From the NCBI GenBank assembly GCA_937891785.1, contig CALAGN010000030.1, positions 4,526 to 68,525 of the forward strand: DNA of 64,000 nt. The letters run 5' to 3'. The notes under the pieces were generated by a model. That model had not been told where the DNA came from. It worked only from the letters and a program-made list of their open reading frames with translations, and ran no database searches. Positions within the stretch are counted from its first letter, which is position 1. The number at the start of each line of letters is the position of its first letter. The translations under genes and the position numbers were made by a program. Below are positions 51,228 through 64,000 of this stretch, piece by piece. The stretch is from an uncultured Octadecabacter sp. GTDB lineage: Bacteria; Pseudomonadota; Alphaproteobacteria; Rhodobacterales; Rhodobacteraceae.

Positions 51228-51402
51228 GTTTCGTGCTCCTCTGATCGGGGTCGGGATCGGATCTAGCCGCATCCTGACCGTGGCCTCTTATAGTCAAGGT
51301 TCGGTTTTATTCGCCAACCTTCAAGTTGTTTTTTGAACTTTTCCGTTCACATTGCCGAAAAGACTCACACGGACGCCTGTTTTATTGGGCGATTGCGCGG
51401 TC

Positions 51403-52182
51403 CTAAAAGTTATCTTTGCGGTTGCGTACTTCGGCAAATACCTCCGTCGGGCTGTCATTTAGCATGCCAAGTGCGGACATCAACACGGGGTCGTCCGCGC
51501 GCAAATAGGGGTTGGTGCGTTTTTCATCCGCCAAACGAGAGGGTACCGTTGCCTCGCCCTTGGCCCGCGCCGCAATGGTTGCGCGTACACGAGAGATAAT
51601 GTCGGGATTGTCGGGTTCAATGCTTAGCGCAAATTTAGCATTATTTTCGGTGTATTCGTGGCCGGAGTAAACCATCGTGTCGTCAGGCAGTTCGCGCAGT
51701 TTTTGCAAGCTGCGCCACATTTGCGCGGGCGTTCCCTCAAACAGCCGTCCGCAGCCAAGCGCCATAAGGCTATCGGCAGTAAAGACGGCTTTTGCGGCAG
51801 GGACAAAGACGGCGATGTGGTTGATTGTGTGGCCGGAAACATCGAACACTTGGGCTTTTTCACCACATAGATCGAACCTGTCGCCGTCATTCACGGCCAG
51901 ATCAAGTGCGGGAAGGCGGTGGGCGTCTGCTGCTGCGCCAATCACGCGCACGCCGTCATTGCGCAGTGGTTCCAAGCCGTCAATGTGATCCCAGTGGTGG
52001 TGGGTCAAGATAATATCGGACAGCGTCCAGCCACGCGCGTCCAGTTCTGCTTGAACGGGTCCGGCCTCGGGGGCGTCAACAAGTGCAGTTTGCCCCGTGG
52101 CGCTATTGTGCAGCACAAATGCGTAATTATCTGCGAGGCAGCGCACGGTAACGATTTCCAGATTTATGGAATCGGGGGGCAT
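51403..52182 (-). CDS. gloB: Hydroxyacylglutathione hydrolase (glyoxalase II)
   Basis: DNYAF, THHHWDH, GHT..H, FTADSL..GCGR, GHEYT, EK.TNPYLR. Confidence 0.93.
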   Translation of the reverse strand: MPPDSINLEIVTVRCLADNYAFVLHNSATGQTALVDAPEAGPVQAELDARGWTLSDIILTHHHWDHIDGLEPLRNDGVRVIGAAADAHRLPALDLAVNDGDRFDLCGEKAQVFDVSGHTINHIAVFVPAAKAVFTADSLMALGCGRLFEGTPAQMWRSLQKLRELPDDTMVYSGHEYTENNAKFALSIEPDNPDIISRVRATIAARAKGEATVPSRLADEKRTNPYLRADDPVLMSALGMLNDSPTEVFAEVRNRKDNF

Positions 52183-52243
52183 GGCATTGTCACCTTCTGT
52201 TGGTATGCTGCCTATAGGTTCGCGCAAAGGAGTGTCGGCTGCA

Positions 52244-53014
52244 ATGCATCTTGATGTGCTTGATCTGCGCAATTTCTATTATCGCAGCCCGCTGGGGCGT
52301 GCGGCGCAAAAGGTGATCCGTGATCAACTGGTGTGCATGTGGCCTGACACCAAAGGACATACCATCGCCGGATTCGGGTTTGCTGTGCCACTGTTGCGCC
52401 CGTTTCTCAAGGATGCGCGCCGGGTGATGGGCCTGATGCCGGGGCCACAAGGTGTCATGCCGTGGCCTGCCGGTCAGCCCAATGTGTCGGTGTTGTGCGA
52501 AGATGCGATGTGGCCGGTCCAGACAGGGCAGGTAGACCGGCTAGTAGTGTTGCACGGGCTGGAAACATCTGACGATCCAAATGCGCTACTGGAAGAATGC
52601 TGGCGTGTGCTGGGGCCCGGCGGACGGGTGGTGTTTGTTGTTCCCAATCGGGCTGGGCTTTGGTCGCGACGCGACAAGACGCCGTTCGGATATGGCCGTC
52701 CCTATAGTATTAGCCAGCTTGAGGCGCAGCTGCGCGCGCATCGCTTTGTCGTCGAATCTTCGCTGTCGGCGCTGTATCAACCGCCGTCGCATCGCAAGAT
52801 TTGGCGGCGGATGGCGGGCTTTATGGAATCGACGGGGCGGCATATTCCAGTTTTTGCCACCGGAGGCGTGTTGATGGTCGAGGCCAGCAAACAGGTTGGC
52901 GGTCCGTCAAGGCCGGGGTTGCCCGAGGCAGTGCGCCGTCCGTTGCGCGTTCTTGAGGGAATCGGCAGGCAGCCTGAACCTGCCCTGCGTCACCCTGACA
53001 CCCCTAGACGTTAG
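52244..53014 (+). CDS. Class I SAM-dependent methyltransferase (YafS-like), divergent from gloB
   Basis: [42 protein letters not shown]. Confidence 0.8.
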   Translation: MHLDVLDLRNFYYRSPLGRAAQKVIRDQLVCMWPDTKGHTIAGFGFAVPLLRPFLKDARRVMGLMPGPQGVMPWPAGQPNVSVLCEDAMWPVQTGQVDRLVVLHGLETSDDPNALLEECWRVLGPGGRVVFVVPNRAGLWSRRDKTPFGYGRPYSISQLEAQLRAHRFVVESSLSALYQPPSHRKIWRRMAGFMESTGRHIPVFATGGVLMVEASKQVGGPSRPGLPEAVRRPLRVLEGIGRQPEPALRHPDTPRR

Positions 53015-53154
53015 GGGCGCGACGCGGCGTCAACCTGTGCTTGGGCTGCCAAGTTATTCAGCCATATGAATAAAGGCGCTCATGCTAGCATGATGATTGG
53101 GTAATTCGCCAGTATACAAATGTATGCAGTCGTGAAAATCCAGCGTTAAGGCGG

Positions 53155-53183
53155 TTGCGACAGGCGAAAGGCTCTGCTACATC
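53155..53183 (+). promoter_or_regulatory. Candidate sigma70 promoter of atpHAGDC
   Basis: TTGCGA-N17-TACATC about 115 nt upstream of atpH. Confidence 0.45.
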
Positions 53184-53297
53184 GACCCAGATTTTGCCGC
53201 CCAACCGTTTGGATGGGCAATGAACCGCTGCCCCCTCGTTGCTATGACCCATCCTTGGGTTTGGTTCGGGTCGGGCCTAAGCATCGGAAGGGTGGAC

Positions 53298-53857
53298 GTG
53301 TCCGAACCAGCTTCGATCTCAACCGGTATTGCGGGGCGTTATGCCTCGGCCGTGTTTGACCTCGCCAAGGATGACAATGGGCTCAAGGCTCTTGAAACAG
53401 ATATCAATGCCCTGAGTGGCGCGCTGGATGACAGCGCCGACTTGAACGCGTTGATCGCTTCGCCGATCTATGGTCGTGACGAGCAGGCAGGCGCGATCTC
53501 CGCGCTGGCCAAGAAAATGAAACTGTCACCGACAGTGGGCAACACGCTTACGCTTATGGCGCAAAAGCGTCGCCTATTTGTGCTGCCTCAACTGCTGGTC
53601 GCCCTGCGCGAAAAGCTGGCCGAGGAAAATGGCGAAGTGACCGCCGATGTGACCAGTGCCAAGGCCCTGACCAAGGTACAGTCCGACAAACTTGCCAAAA
53701 CGCTTAAGGCGCAGGTTGGCAAGACAGTTATGATAAATGCGACCGTTGATGAATCCCTCATCGGCGGTCTTGTCGTTAAAGTAGGCTCGAAGATGATCGA
53801 CACGTCGATCCGCTCCAAGCTCAGCGCACTCCAGAACACTATGAAAGAGGTCGGATA

Positions 53858-53858
<1 letters not shown>
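53298..53858 (+). CDS. atpH: F1F0 ATP synthase delta subunit
   Basis: GTG start [33 protein letters not shown]. Confidence 0.95.
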
Positions 53859-55393
<1,535 letters not shown>

Positions 55394-55407
55394 AGGGAGG
55401 CTGAACG

Positions 55408-56283
55408 ATGGCTAACCTTAAGGTTCTCAAAAACCGGATCGCGAGTGTGAAATCCACGCGTAAGATCACGAAGGCCATGCAGATGGTCGCGGCTGCGAAA
55501 CTGCGTCGCGCCCAAGAAGCCGCCGAGGCGTCCCGCCCTTACACGGAGCGTTTTAACGCCGTGATGGGTGGCTTGGCGGCCAGTGTGGGTGACAGCGCAA
55601 GCGCACCCAAGCTGCTGTCTGGCACGGGCCGCGATCAGACTCACCTGTTGGTGGTGCTGACGGCTGAACGCGGTCTTTGTGGTGGTTTCAACGGCAACAT
55701 CGCCAAGCTGGCGAAAGCGCATGCGCAAAGGCTGCTTGCAGCTGGCAAGACGGTTAAGATCCTGACTGTCGGCAAGAAGGGCCGTGATGCCCTGAAGCGC
55801 GAGTTGAGCAGCCACTTTGTGGCACACGTTGACATGACCGAGGTCAAGCGCGTGGGCTATGAAAACGCCCAAGACATCGCGCGCGATGTCTTGGCACGTT
55901 TTGACGGTGGCGAATTTGATGTGGCGACGATCTTTTTCTCGCGCTTTGAAAACGTCGTAACGCAGCACCCGACCGCTCAGCAAATCATCCCGGCCAGCTT
56001 TGAAACTGACGGCGATGCAGGCGCGGCCACGCTTTATGACTACGAGCCAAGCGAAGAGGCCATTCTGGCCGACTTGCTACCACGTGGTGTGGCCACTGCA
56101 TTGTTCAGCGCGCTGCTGGAAAATGCGGCGTCCGAACAAGGCGCACGGATGTCTGCAATGGACAACGCGACACGCAACGCGGGCGACATGATCGACAAAC
56201 TGACGATCCAATATAACCGCTCGCGTCAGGCCGTCATCACGAACGAGCTTATCGAAATCATTTCGGGCGCTGAAGCGCTCTAA
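55408..56283 (+). CDS. atpG: F1F0 ATP synthase gamma subunit
   Basis: [42 protein letters not shown]. Confidence 0.99.
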   Translation: MANLKVLKNRIASVKSTRKITKAMQMVAAAKLRRAQEAAEASRPYTERFNAVMGGLAASVGDSASAPKLLSGTGRDQTHLLVVLTAERGLCGGFNGNIAKLAKAHAQRLLAAGKTVKILTVGKKGRDALKRELSSHFVAHVDMTEVKRVGYENAQDIARDVLARFDGGEFDVATIFFSRFENVVTQHPTAQQIIPASFETDGDAGAATLYDYEPSEEAILADLLPRGVATALFSALLENAASEQGARMSAMDNATRNAGDMIDKLTIQYNRSRQAVITNELIEIISGAEAL

Positions 56284-57735
<1,452 letters not shown>

Positions 57736-57756
57736 GTCGCGTTAAGAGGAGCCGAT

Positions 57757-58182
57757 ATGGCACACCTACAATTCGATCTGGTCTCGCCCGAGCGCCTTTT
57801 GGCATCGGTCGAGGCGTCCGAAGTGCAGATCCCTGGCGCGGATGGCGATTTGACGGCAATGCCCGATCACGCGCCAACCATCACTACCCTGCGCCCGGGT
57901 ATCCTGCGCGTTGTGCATGGTGGCACGACGGACGAATACATTGTGTCCGGAGGTTTCGCTGAAATCACCGCTGGCGGCGTGTCAGTTCTGGCTGAAAAGG
58001 CACTGCCACGGGCCGAGGTCACGCAAGAGGTCTTTGACCGTTTGTTGGACGAGGCCAATGTGGCTCACGAGACGCTAAAAGAGACCTTCAAGAACGAGCC
58101 TGGCCCCGTCGATGACGCCGCCAAGCTTTTGGCCGATATGGTTGCCATAGGCGATCACATAGGCCTCAGCAGCCGCTCGTAA
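57757..58182 (+). CDS. atpC: F1F0 ATP synthase epsilon subunit
   Basis: [30 protein letters not shown]. Confidence 0.95.
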   Translation: MAHLQFDLVSPERLLASVEASEVQIPGADGDLTAMPDHAPTITTLRPGILRVVHGGTTDEYIVSGGFAEITAGGVSVLAEKALPRAEVTQEVFDRLLDEANVAHETLKETFKNEPGPVDDAAKLLADMVAIGDHIGLSSRS

Positions 58183-58206
58183 GCGACAGCTCATGAACTA
58201 AGGATT

Positions 58207-58232
58207 AGCCCTGCCACTGTGCGGGGCTTTTT
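58207..58232 (+). terminator. atp operon intrinsic terminator
   Basis: AGCCCTGC-CACTGT-GCGGGGCT followed by TTTT. Confidence 0.75.
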
Positions 58233-58318
58233 CATATAAGGGACCTACTATTGCCTCATTCGCGGTTTACCTAAAGGCAAGCAAGCTGTCACGACTAGGA
58301 AAAAAAGCGCTTAAGGAA

Positions 58319-58669
58319 ATGAAAAGGCTAAGAAATCATTTGGTTGGAGTCGATCAGGGTGATGTGATCCTGTTCTCGGACTTCGAACACGATGGCGATA
58401 TGTGGACGGGCGACGGCCCCCGCATGACGCGGTGCCATGTGAAATTTAGCGAGGTTTATGGGGAAATCCCAGCAGTGTGCGTTACCCTATCCATGTGGGA
58501 TATGTCCAACGCAGCCAATGCCCGCGCAGACGTTCAAGCCGACGACATTACCTGTGGCGGCTTTGTAATTGTGTTTCGCACGTGGGGCGACACCAAAGTC
58601 GCCCGCGTGCGCGTCAGCTGGCAGTCCATCGGCGAGGTTCCCCACGGCGACGAATGGGAACTCTACTAG
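58319..58669 (+). CDS. H-type lectin domain protein
   Basis: LFSDF...[38 protein letters not shown]. Confidence 0.8.
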   Translation: MKRLRNHLVGVDQGDVILFSDFEHDGDMWTGDGPRMTRCHVKFSEVYGEIPAVCVTLSMWDMSNAANARADVQADDITCGGFVIVFRTWGDTKVARVRVSWQSIGEVPHGDEWELY

Positions 58670-59685
58670 GTTCCTGAATACATACCTTCGTAGATCGGCC
58701 CCAACGTGTTGTGGTCAAACAGCGACGACACGGATGTGCCGTTCCAGGTGTTCAGGATCGCTTGGGCGAACATTGGCGCGGTTGGCACAATGCGGATATT
58801 GGGGCAGGCTTTGACGGCTACGGTTGCTTCAATCGTGTCGGTGATCACAAGGTTCTTCATCACCGATTTGCTGACCCGTTCAATTGCAGGGCCGGACAGC
58901 ACGCCATGCGTGATATACGAATGCACTTCCTTGGCACCGTGCTCCATCAGGACTTCGGCGGCCTTGCAAAGCGTGCCAGCAGTGTCGACCATGTCATCCA
59001 CGATCAGGCAGGTGCGGTCTTTCACGTCACCGATCACTGTCATTTCAGCCACTTCACCCGGTTTGCCACGGCGTTTGTCAACAATGGACAGGGGGGCGCC
59101 GATGCGTTGAGCCATATCGCGCGCGCGCGCAACACCGCCCACGTCCGGCGAGACGACCATGATGTCGTCCATCTTGCCTTTGAAGTTATGCATCACATCA
59201 AGTGCAAAAAGCGGGCTCGCATAAAGGTTGTCGACGGGTATATCAAAGAAGCCCTGGATCTGCGTGGCGTGAAGATCAAGAGTCAACACCCGCTCGATAC
59301 CGGCTTCAACGATCATATTCGCCACGAGTTTTGCAGTGATAGGTGTGCGTGCCTTAGTGCGACGATCCTGACGTGCATAGCCGAAATAGGGGATCACTGC
59401 GGTGATACGTGCCGCAGAGGAGCGACGCAGCGCATCAGCGATGATCAGCAATTCCATTAGGTTGTCGTTGGCGGGGTTGGATGTGGGCTGGATAATGAAC
59501 ATATCCTCGCCGCGCACGTTCTCGTAGACCTCGACAAAAATTTCGCCGTCGTTGAAACGCTCAACCCGCGCGTCGACCAGTCCCAGATTGATTCCGCGGT
59601 GCATCGACATGCGCCTTGCGATCCCTTTCGCCAGCGGCATGTTCGCATTGCCGGAAATCAGTTTCGGTTCGTGAGTGTTTGCCAT
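58666..59685 (-). CDS. prs: Ribose-phosphate pyrophosphokinase
   Basis: [41 protein letters not shown]; start ATG 59685. Confidence 0.97.
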   Translation of the reverse strand: MANTHEPKLISGNANMPLAKGIARRMSMHRGINLGLVDARVERFNDGEIFVEVYENVRGEDMFIIQPTSNPANDNLMELLIIADALRRSSAARITAVIPYFGYARQDRRTKARTPITAKLVANMIVEAGIERVLTLDLHATQIQGFFDIPVDNLYASPLFALDVMHNFKGKMDDIMVVSPDVGGVARARDMAQRIGAPLSIVDKRRGKPGEVAEMTVIGDVKDRTCLIVDDMVDTAGTLCKAAEVLMEHGAKEVHSYITHGVLSGPAIERVSKSVMKNLVITDTIEATVAVKACPNIRIVPTAPMFAQAILNTWNGTSVSSLFDHNTLGPIYEGMYSGT

Positions 59686-59800
59686 GGTGTTCCCCTGGGG
59701 CTGACCAATCACCCAACCAAAGGTGACAGAATCGTGTCGTTGACACCGCTTAGCATGGGTCTAGCATCAGGCAAAGAAACGAGGCGCATAGGAGGCCCAT

Positions 59801-60400
59801 ATGCCGCATATTGATTACTATTTTTCCGTCTTATCACCATTTACGTACCTTGCAGGGACCAGACTTGAACACGCAGTCGTAAAACATGACGCGACCATCA
59901 CTTATAGGCCGCTCGATATTGGTGCGCTTTTTGCGCGGACAGGTGGCACCTCGCCCGCCGAGCGGCACGAAAGCCGCAAGGCGTTGCGTTTGCAGGAAAT
60001 GCGGCGGCAAGCTCAAAAGCTAGGGATGAAGCTTAAGTTGCAGCCACCACATTGGCCGACAAACCCTGCGCCCGCCTCTTATGCGATCATTGCCGCGCAG
60101 GCCAAGGGTGACGGCAATATAGGTGCATTTGTTCATGCGATCACGCGCTCGTGCTGGGCCGACAAACGTGACATCGCCGATGACGAGGTGATCAAGGATT
60201 GTCTGGTTGAATGCGGCTTTGATCCGAAACTGGCAGATAGCGGCCTGCTGGAGGGCGCCGAAACCTATGGCAAGAATCTTGAAGATGCGGTTGCGGCAGG
60301 GGTTTTTGGCGCGCCTTTCTATATCACCGACACGGATGAGCGGTTCTGGGGCCAAGACCGGATCGAGGATCTGGACGCCTATCTTGCAGGCGCGCTTTAG
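59801..60400 (+). CDS. 2-hydroxychromene-2-carboxylate isomerase-like (DsbA/kappa-GST family)
   Basis: IDYYFSVLSPFTYL, GVFGAPFY, FWGQDRI. Confidence 0.85.
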   Translation: MPHIDYYFSVLSPFTYLAGTRLEHAVVKHDATITYRPLDIGALFARTGGTSPAERHESRKALRLQEMRRQAQKLGMKLKLQPPHWPTNPAPASYAIIAAQAKGDGNIGAFVHAITRSCWADKRDIADDEVIKDCLVECGFDPKLADSGLLEGAETYGKNLEDAVAAGVFGAPFYITDTDERFWGQDRIEDLDAYLAGAL

Positions 60401-61446
60401 CCGAGCAGAACGTCCAGAAAACGGTCAACTGCTTCACTACCGATTGACCAGTCACAGACCAGCCGTGCCTGAAGGGGTTCGGCTGGATCATCGCCCTTCA
60501 GCTCTCCTGCCCAAATGTAGTAAACTGCGCCCGCGTCGTGCAACCGCTGGTGCCCTTCGCGCGGCCACTCAGCAAAAATCATGTTGGCCTGCGGTTCATA
60601 CATCATCTGCGCGTAGTTGCTGTCGGTCAGACCCTTGGCCAGCCGTGCGCAATTGGCGTTGGCCATACCAGCCGTTTCCAGCCAAAGTCCGTCCGTCAGA
60701 TAGGCCTCCATTTGGGCTGATAGGAATCGATGCTTGGAGAAGAGATGTGCCCCGCGTTTGCGGCGCAGCTCGAATTCCCAGGCATGTTTTGGGTCAAAAA
60801 AGATCACTGCCTCTGCGCCCATCAACCCGTTCTTGGTGCCGCCAAAACTGACGACATCAATACCGGCCTTCCACGTCATTTCTGCAGGTGTGCAGCCAAG
60901 CGTGACGATGGCATTCGCAAAGCGTGCGCCGTCCAGATGGGTCGCAAGGCCGAACTCTTTGGCAACGTCTGTCATGGCCTTGAGTTCATCCAGCGAATAG
61001 ATCGTGCCGCGTTCAGTCACTTGGGTGATCGATACAGGCCCGCGTTGCGGCCCATGAACCCCGCGTCCTTCTTCAAAGGCAATCGACTTGCGCAGCGTTT
61101 CTGGCGTCATCTTCGCGTCCACGGCCGGCACTAGCGTCAGCTTGGCGCCGCCCATATAGAACTCGGGCGCGTTGCATTCGTCTTCGTGGATATGCGCCTC
61201 GGGGGAGCAAAACACGGTCTCCCACGGCTGGGCGAGGGTGCCAAGCGCGATGGAATTTGCAGCCGTACCTGTGGCAACCAGATACACCGCCGCATCGGGC
61301 GATTCGAACTGCGCGCGGATCATCGCGCGCACGTCATCCATGATCGGGTCAACGCCGTAGGGCATTGCGTGGCCAATGTTGGCGCGCGCCAGTGCTTCCA
61401 TGACTTTGGGATGGGCTGGGCCCGCGTTGTCAGAGGCGAAAAACAT
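60397..61446 (-). CDS. ltaE: Low-specificity L-threonine aldolase
   Basis: FASDN, GTAAN, HLDGARFAN, SFGGTKNG, SKHRF. Confidence 0.9.
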   Translation of the reverse strand: MFFASDNAGPAHPKVMEALARANIGHAMPYGVDPIMDDVRAMIRAQFESPDAAVYLVATGTAANSIALGTLAQPWETVFCSPEAHIHEDECNAPEFYMGGAKLTLVPAVDAKMTPETLRKSIAFEEGRGVHGPQRGPVSITQVTERGTIYSLDELKAMTDVAKEFGLATHLDGARFANAIVTLGCTPAEMTWKAGIDVVSFGGTKNGLMGAEAVIFFDPKHAWEFELRRKRGAHLFSKHRFLSAQMEAYLTDGLWLETAGMANANCARLAKGLTDSNYAQMMYEPQANMIFAEWPREGHQRLHDAGAVYYIWAGELKGDDPAEPLQARLVCDWSIGSEAVDRFLDVLLG

Positions 61447-61913
61447 CAGATTGGCTCCTCGATGATGTGGTCTTCCCAGTCTTCTTCGTCGATCTCAAAT
61501 TCCGGCACAGTCAGCCCGCGCACGGACACGCCGGCGGCATGCACGCTTTCGGGATCGCCCGAGATGAGCGGATGCCAGTGGAACAGCGGTTTGCCCTCGT
61601 AAACAAGGCGATAGCCGCAGGTTTGGGGCAGCCAGTATAGGTTTTCTTTGATCGTTTTGGGGTTCAGTACGATACATTCAGGCACGAAATTATGCCGGAT
61701 CGGATATTGCGCGCACAGGCAGGATTGGTCATCCAGCAGGCGGCAGGCCACGCGGGTCATTGCGACTTCGCCGGTGTCCTCGTCCTCAAGCTTGTTGAGG
61801 CAACATTTGCCACACCCGTCGCAGATCGCTTCCCATTCGGCCTTATTCATTTTTGCCATCGGGACGTGAGTCCAGAATTGGTCGCGCAGGCCCGTGCGGT
61901 CAATATCAGACAT
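61446..61913 (-). CDS. YcgN/UPF0260 cysteine-cluster protein
   Basis: WEAICDGCGKCCLNKL, VACRLLD, C.QY..R, WLPQTCGY, WHPLISG; start ATG 61913. Confidence 0.88.
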   Translation of the reverse strand: MSDIDRTGLRDQFWTHVPMAKMNKAEWEAICDGCGKCCLNKLEDEDTGEVAMTRVACRLLDDQSCLCAQYPIRHNFVPECIVLNPKTIKENLYWLPQTCGYRLVYEGKPLFHWHPLISGDPESVHAAGVSVRGLTVPEFEIDEEDWEDHIIEEPI

Positions 61914-62844
61914 TGGCGAGTATTCCTCGTGCACGGATGCAATCGGCGTCCATTTGGGTGATCAGGTCAGTTAGGGAGTCAAACTTTTCTTCGCCACGCA
62001 GGTATTCCACAAGGGCAACCGACAAGTGAGCGCCGTAAAGATCGCCCTTAAAATCAAAAATAAATGTTTCGCAGTTCGGGTGGTTAACGCCAAACGTCGG
62101 GCGAATACCGATGCTTGCTGCGCCGTCATAGCTGCCCTTGTGTGGGCCGCTCAGCACGTCAACCTTGACGGCATAGACGCCATGTTTCGGGGGGTGAAGC
62201 CCATCAATTGACATATTGGCGGTGGGATATCCAAGGTCGCGGCCACGTTGATCGCCTTGGATCACCATCCCGTCAATCCGATGCCAATGGCCCAGCATCG
62301 CGGCGGCGTCATGGGTGCGCCCGTTACTCAAAGCTTGGCGAATCGCTGTGGACGACACGTCCCCGGCTGCAAGCTTCAGGATCGGCGCGATAGTGACGCC
62401 AAAGCCCATTTCACCGCCAAGGCGTTCAAGATCAGCGGCAGTGCCGGCACGATCCGCACCAAAGCAGAAATCAGCGCCGACGACCACATGGGCCAGACCA
62501 AGGGCATCGGCGATGATATTCTGGGCAAAATCCTGTGGCGGCAGGGCGGCAAGCGCATGGGTAAAGGGAACTTCGTAAAGCCGTTCAACGCCAAGTTTCG
62601 CCAAACGGTTGGCGCGCCCTTCGGCATTCATCAGGCGGAACGGCGGGTCATTGGGGGCGAATACCTGACGCGGATGCGGTTCAAATGTCATGATCCCAAG
62701 TGGCGCGCCGATGTCATCGCCAATTGCGCGGGTCGCGTCAATAACCGATCGGTGCCCCAGATGCACGCCGTCAAAATTGCCTATGGCCGCAGCAGCGCCA
62801 CGGTCAGCAGGGTCAACGAATTGGGTATCTCGGACAATGCGCAT
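61906..62844 (-). CDS. ribF: Bifunctional riboflavin kinase/FAD synthetase
   Basis: GNFDGVHLGH, TFEPHP, VSSTAIR, GRDLGYPTAN, GIRPTF, ETFIFDF. Confidence 0.97.
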   Translation of the reverse strand: MRIVRDTQFVDPADRGAAAAIGNFDGVHLGHRSVIDATRAIGDDIGAPLGIMTFEPHPRQVFAPNDPPFRLMNAEGRANRLAKLGVERLYEVPFTHALAALPPQDFAQNIIADALGLAHVVVGADFCFGADRAGTAADLERLGGEMGFGVTIAPILKLAAGDVSSTAIRQALSNGRTHDAAAMLGHWHRIDGMVIQGDQRGRDLGYPTANMSIDGLHPPKHGVYAVKVDVLSGPHKGSYDGAASIGIRPTFGVNHPNCETFIFDFKGDLYGAHLSVALVEYLRGEEKFDSLTDLITQMDADCIRARGILANV

Positions 62845-62849
62845 GAGGA

Positions 62850-62878
62850 TGCCTAACCGCCCCTGCGCGGGCGTGCAA
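62850..62878 (-). promoter_or_regulatory. Candidate leaderless promoter of ribF
   Basis: TTGCAC-N17-TAGGCA-N5-ATG; no Shine-Dalgarno. Confidence 0.45.
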
Positions 62879-62880
62879 GA

Positions 62881-63336
62881 TCAGTCGAACTTGCGCGACG
62901 GTGCAAGCACAGTGGCTAGGCCAACCAGCACCTTCTTACCATTCACGATGCAACGCGTATCCATAGTCACACGGCGCTTGGCGTTGTCGATCTCGATGAC
63001 CTCGACTTCGGCTGTCACCACATCACCGGGACGCACGGGGCCAAGGAATTTCAGGCTTTGGCCAAGGTAAACCGTGCCATGTCCAGGCAACTGTTCTCCG
63101 ATCACGGCGGACACCAACCCTGCGGTCAGCATCCCATGCGCAATGCGCCCTTCGAATATCGTGTCTCTGGCGTAGACGTCATCCAGATGCACGGGGTTCC
63201 GGTCAGTCGAAATTTCTGCAAATAATTCGATATCGCGGTCGGTGACCTGCTTTTGCAAAGACCGTATCATGCCTATCTCGATGTCCTCGATACAGATCGT
63301 GCCGCGGGGGATATTGTGGCTCATGTTGTCCAGCAT
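62881..63336 (-). CDS. MaoC-family (R)-enoyl-CoA hydratase (PhaJ-like)
   Basis: FAEISTDRNPVHLD, RIAHGML, LPGHGTVYLGQSLKF..PV.PGD; start ATG 63336 preferred. Confidence 0.88.
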   Translation of the reverse strand: MLDNMSHNIPRGTICIEDIEIGMIRSLQKQVTDRDIELFAEISTDRNPVHLDDVYARDTIFEGRIAHGMLTAGLVSAVIGEQLPGHGTVYLGQSLKFLGPVRPGDVVTAEVEVIEIDNAKRRVTMDTRCIVNGKKVLVGLATVLAPSRKFD

Positions 63337-63466
63337 GTCGCGTTCCATTCAGTAACAAATTGTCCCTACTGGGGTAATATTTGTAACTTTATTACTTTGC
63401 AGATGTAGAAAAATCAACCTTAAACAATGGTGTTTTCCGCGCCTTCGGTGCGAATGCCTCACCAGC

Positions 63467-63747
63467 TTAGCGTATTGCGCAATCGAACATCGCGCGCAGT
63501 GACAGGCAATCGCGCGTGGTTACAGGCCTGCATCCATAACTATGATTCCACGCTTTGGGATGACGGATCGAAGGCCGGTTACTTCGGCCCCTTTGACGGC
63601 CTCGCGCAGGGGGGAAATGGGCATGCGAGGGCTTTGGACCAATACAGGAATCGGCAGGAACGCCCACTTGCCAAAGCGCCACTGCTCGAAAAGCGCGGCA
63701 AGCGCGCGCTCGGTCAGCAAGTCTTGAGTTTGATTTGCGATTATCAT
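63467..63747 (-). pseudogene. GntR-family transcriptional regulator remnant
   Basis: GAGG plus ATG 63747; LTERALAALF..PISPLREAVKGAEVTGL.SVIPKRGIIVM resembles the GntR wHTH; frameshift near 63527, then PVTTRDCLSLRAMFD and a stop at 63467. Confidence 0.6.
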
Positions 63748-63771
63748 CCGCCTCGTCGCGGCGCATCCGGC

Positions 63772-63785
63772 GCTGATTAATCAGC
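63772..63785. promoter_or_regulatory. 14-bp perfect palindrome, candidate operator
   Basis: GCTGATTAATCAGC about 25 nt upstream of the GntR-like ATG; related ATCAGCA half-site at 63823. Confidence 0.45.
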
Positions 63786-64000
63786 AATCAAATAAAGACC
63801 TATTTGAATTTCCGAGCAATACATCAGCATAAATTTCTTGCAGCATGTTAATAGCAATTTTTGCTAGCATCAGTCTATGAACCACACAAAATAGTGACGA
63901 TTTGCCGTAGGGCAGCCAAGTCGCAGGGTGGTCGATGGGGACAGTAGAGGGAAAGATAATGGAAAATGTAGGGGCGCATGGCGCGCAAGGGGATCATGAT

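Noticed and set aside
63427-63780. 117-aa + strand ORF near the window end
   Set aside because: No recognisable motif or RBS; the opposite strand explains the region as a GntR-like remnant.

Overview
A 64-kb chromosomal segment (roughly 57-60% GC by eye) from an alphaproteobacterium, most likely Rhodobacterales (roseobacter group), judged from gene content, gene order and protein sequences. It is mostly core genes: coaBC (partial)-dut-moeB, dcp, panCB, a GcvT-family flavoprotein, an xdhABC plus purine ABC transporter operon, dnaE, hisS-hisZ-hisG, B12-dependent nrdJ, rpsD, hisC-tyrA, clpA, gloB, atpHAGDC, prs, ltaE, ribF and a MaoC dehydratase. I found no rRNA, tRNA, transposase, integrase, prophage or CRISPR array. 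Most notable observations: (1) an enlarged, low-GC (about 47% vs about 62%) in-frame segment inside the HisRS insertion domain; (2) a MotA/ExbB-like plus MotB/OmpA-like pair with ZorAB-like architecture but no Zorya effectors; (3) four gene remnants missed or only partly captured by the ORF track (EF-hand protein, lipoprotein, extensin-like protein, GntR regulator), three of them internally deleted with both ends kept; (4) a 31-codon ORF overlapping both ABC permease genes; (5) a Hint-domain gene abutting an M50B intramembrane protease gene; (6) a structured rpsD leader, candidate leaderless promoters, and seven convergent gene pairs sharing 4-bp stop overlaps. All family assignments come from motif recognition and recalled sequences, not database searches.
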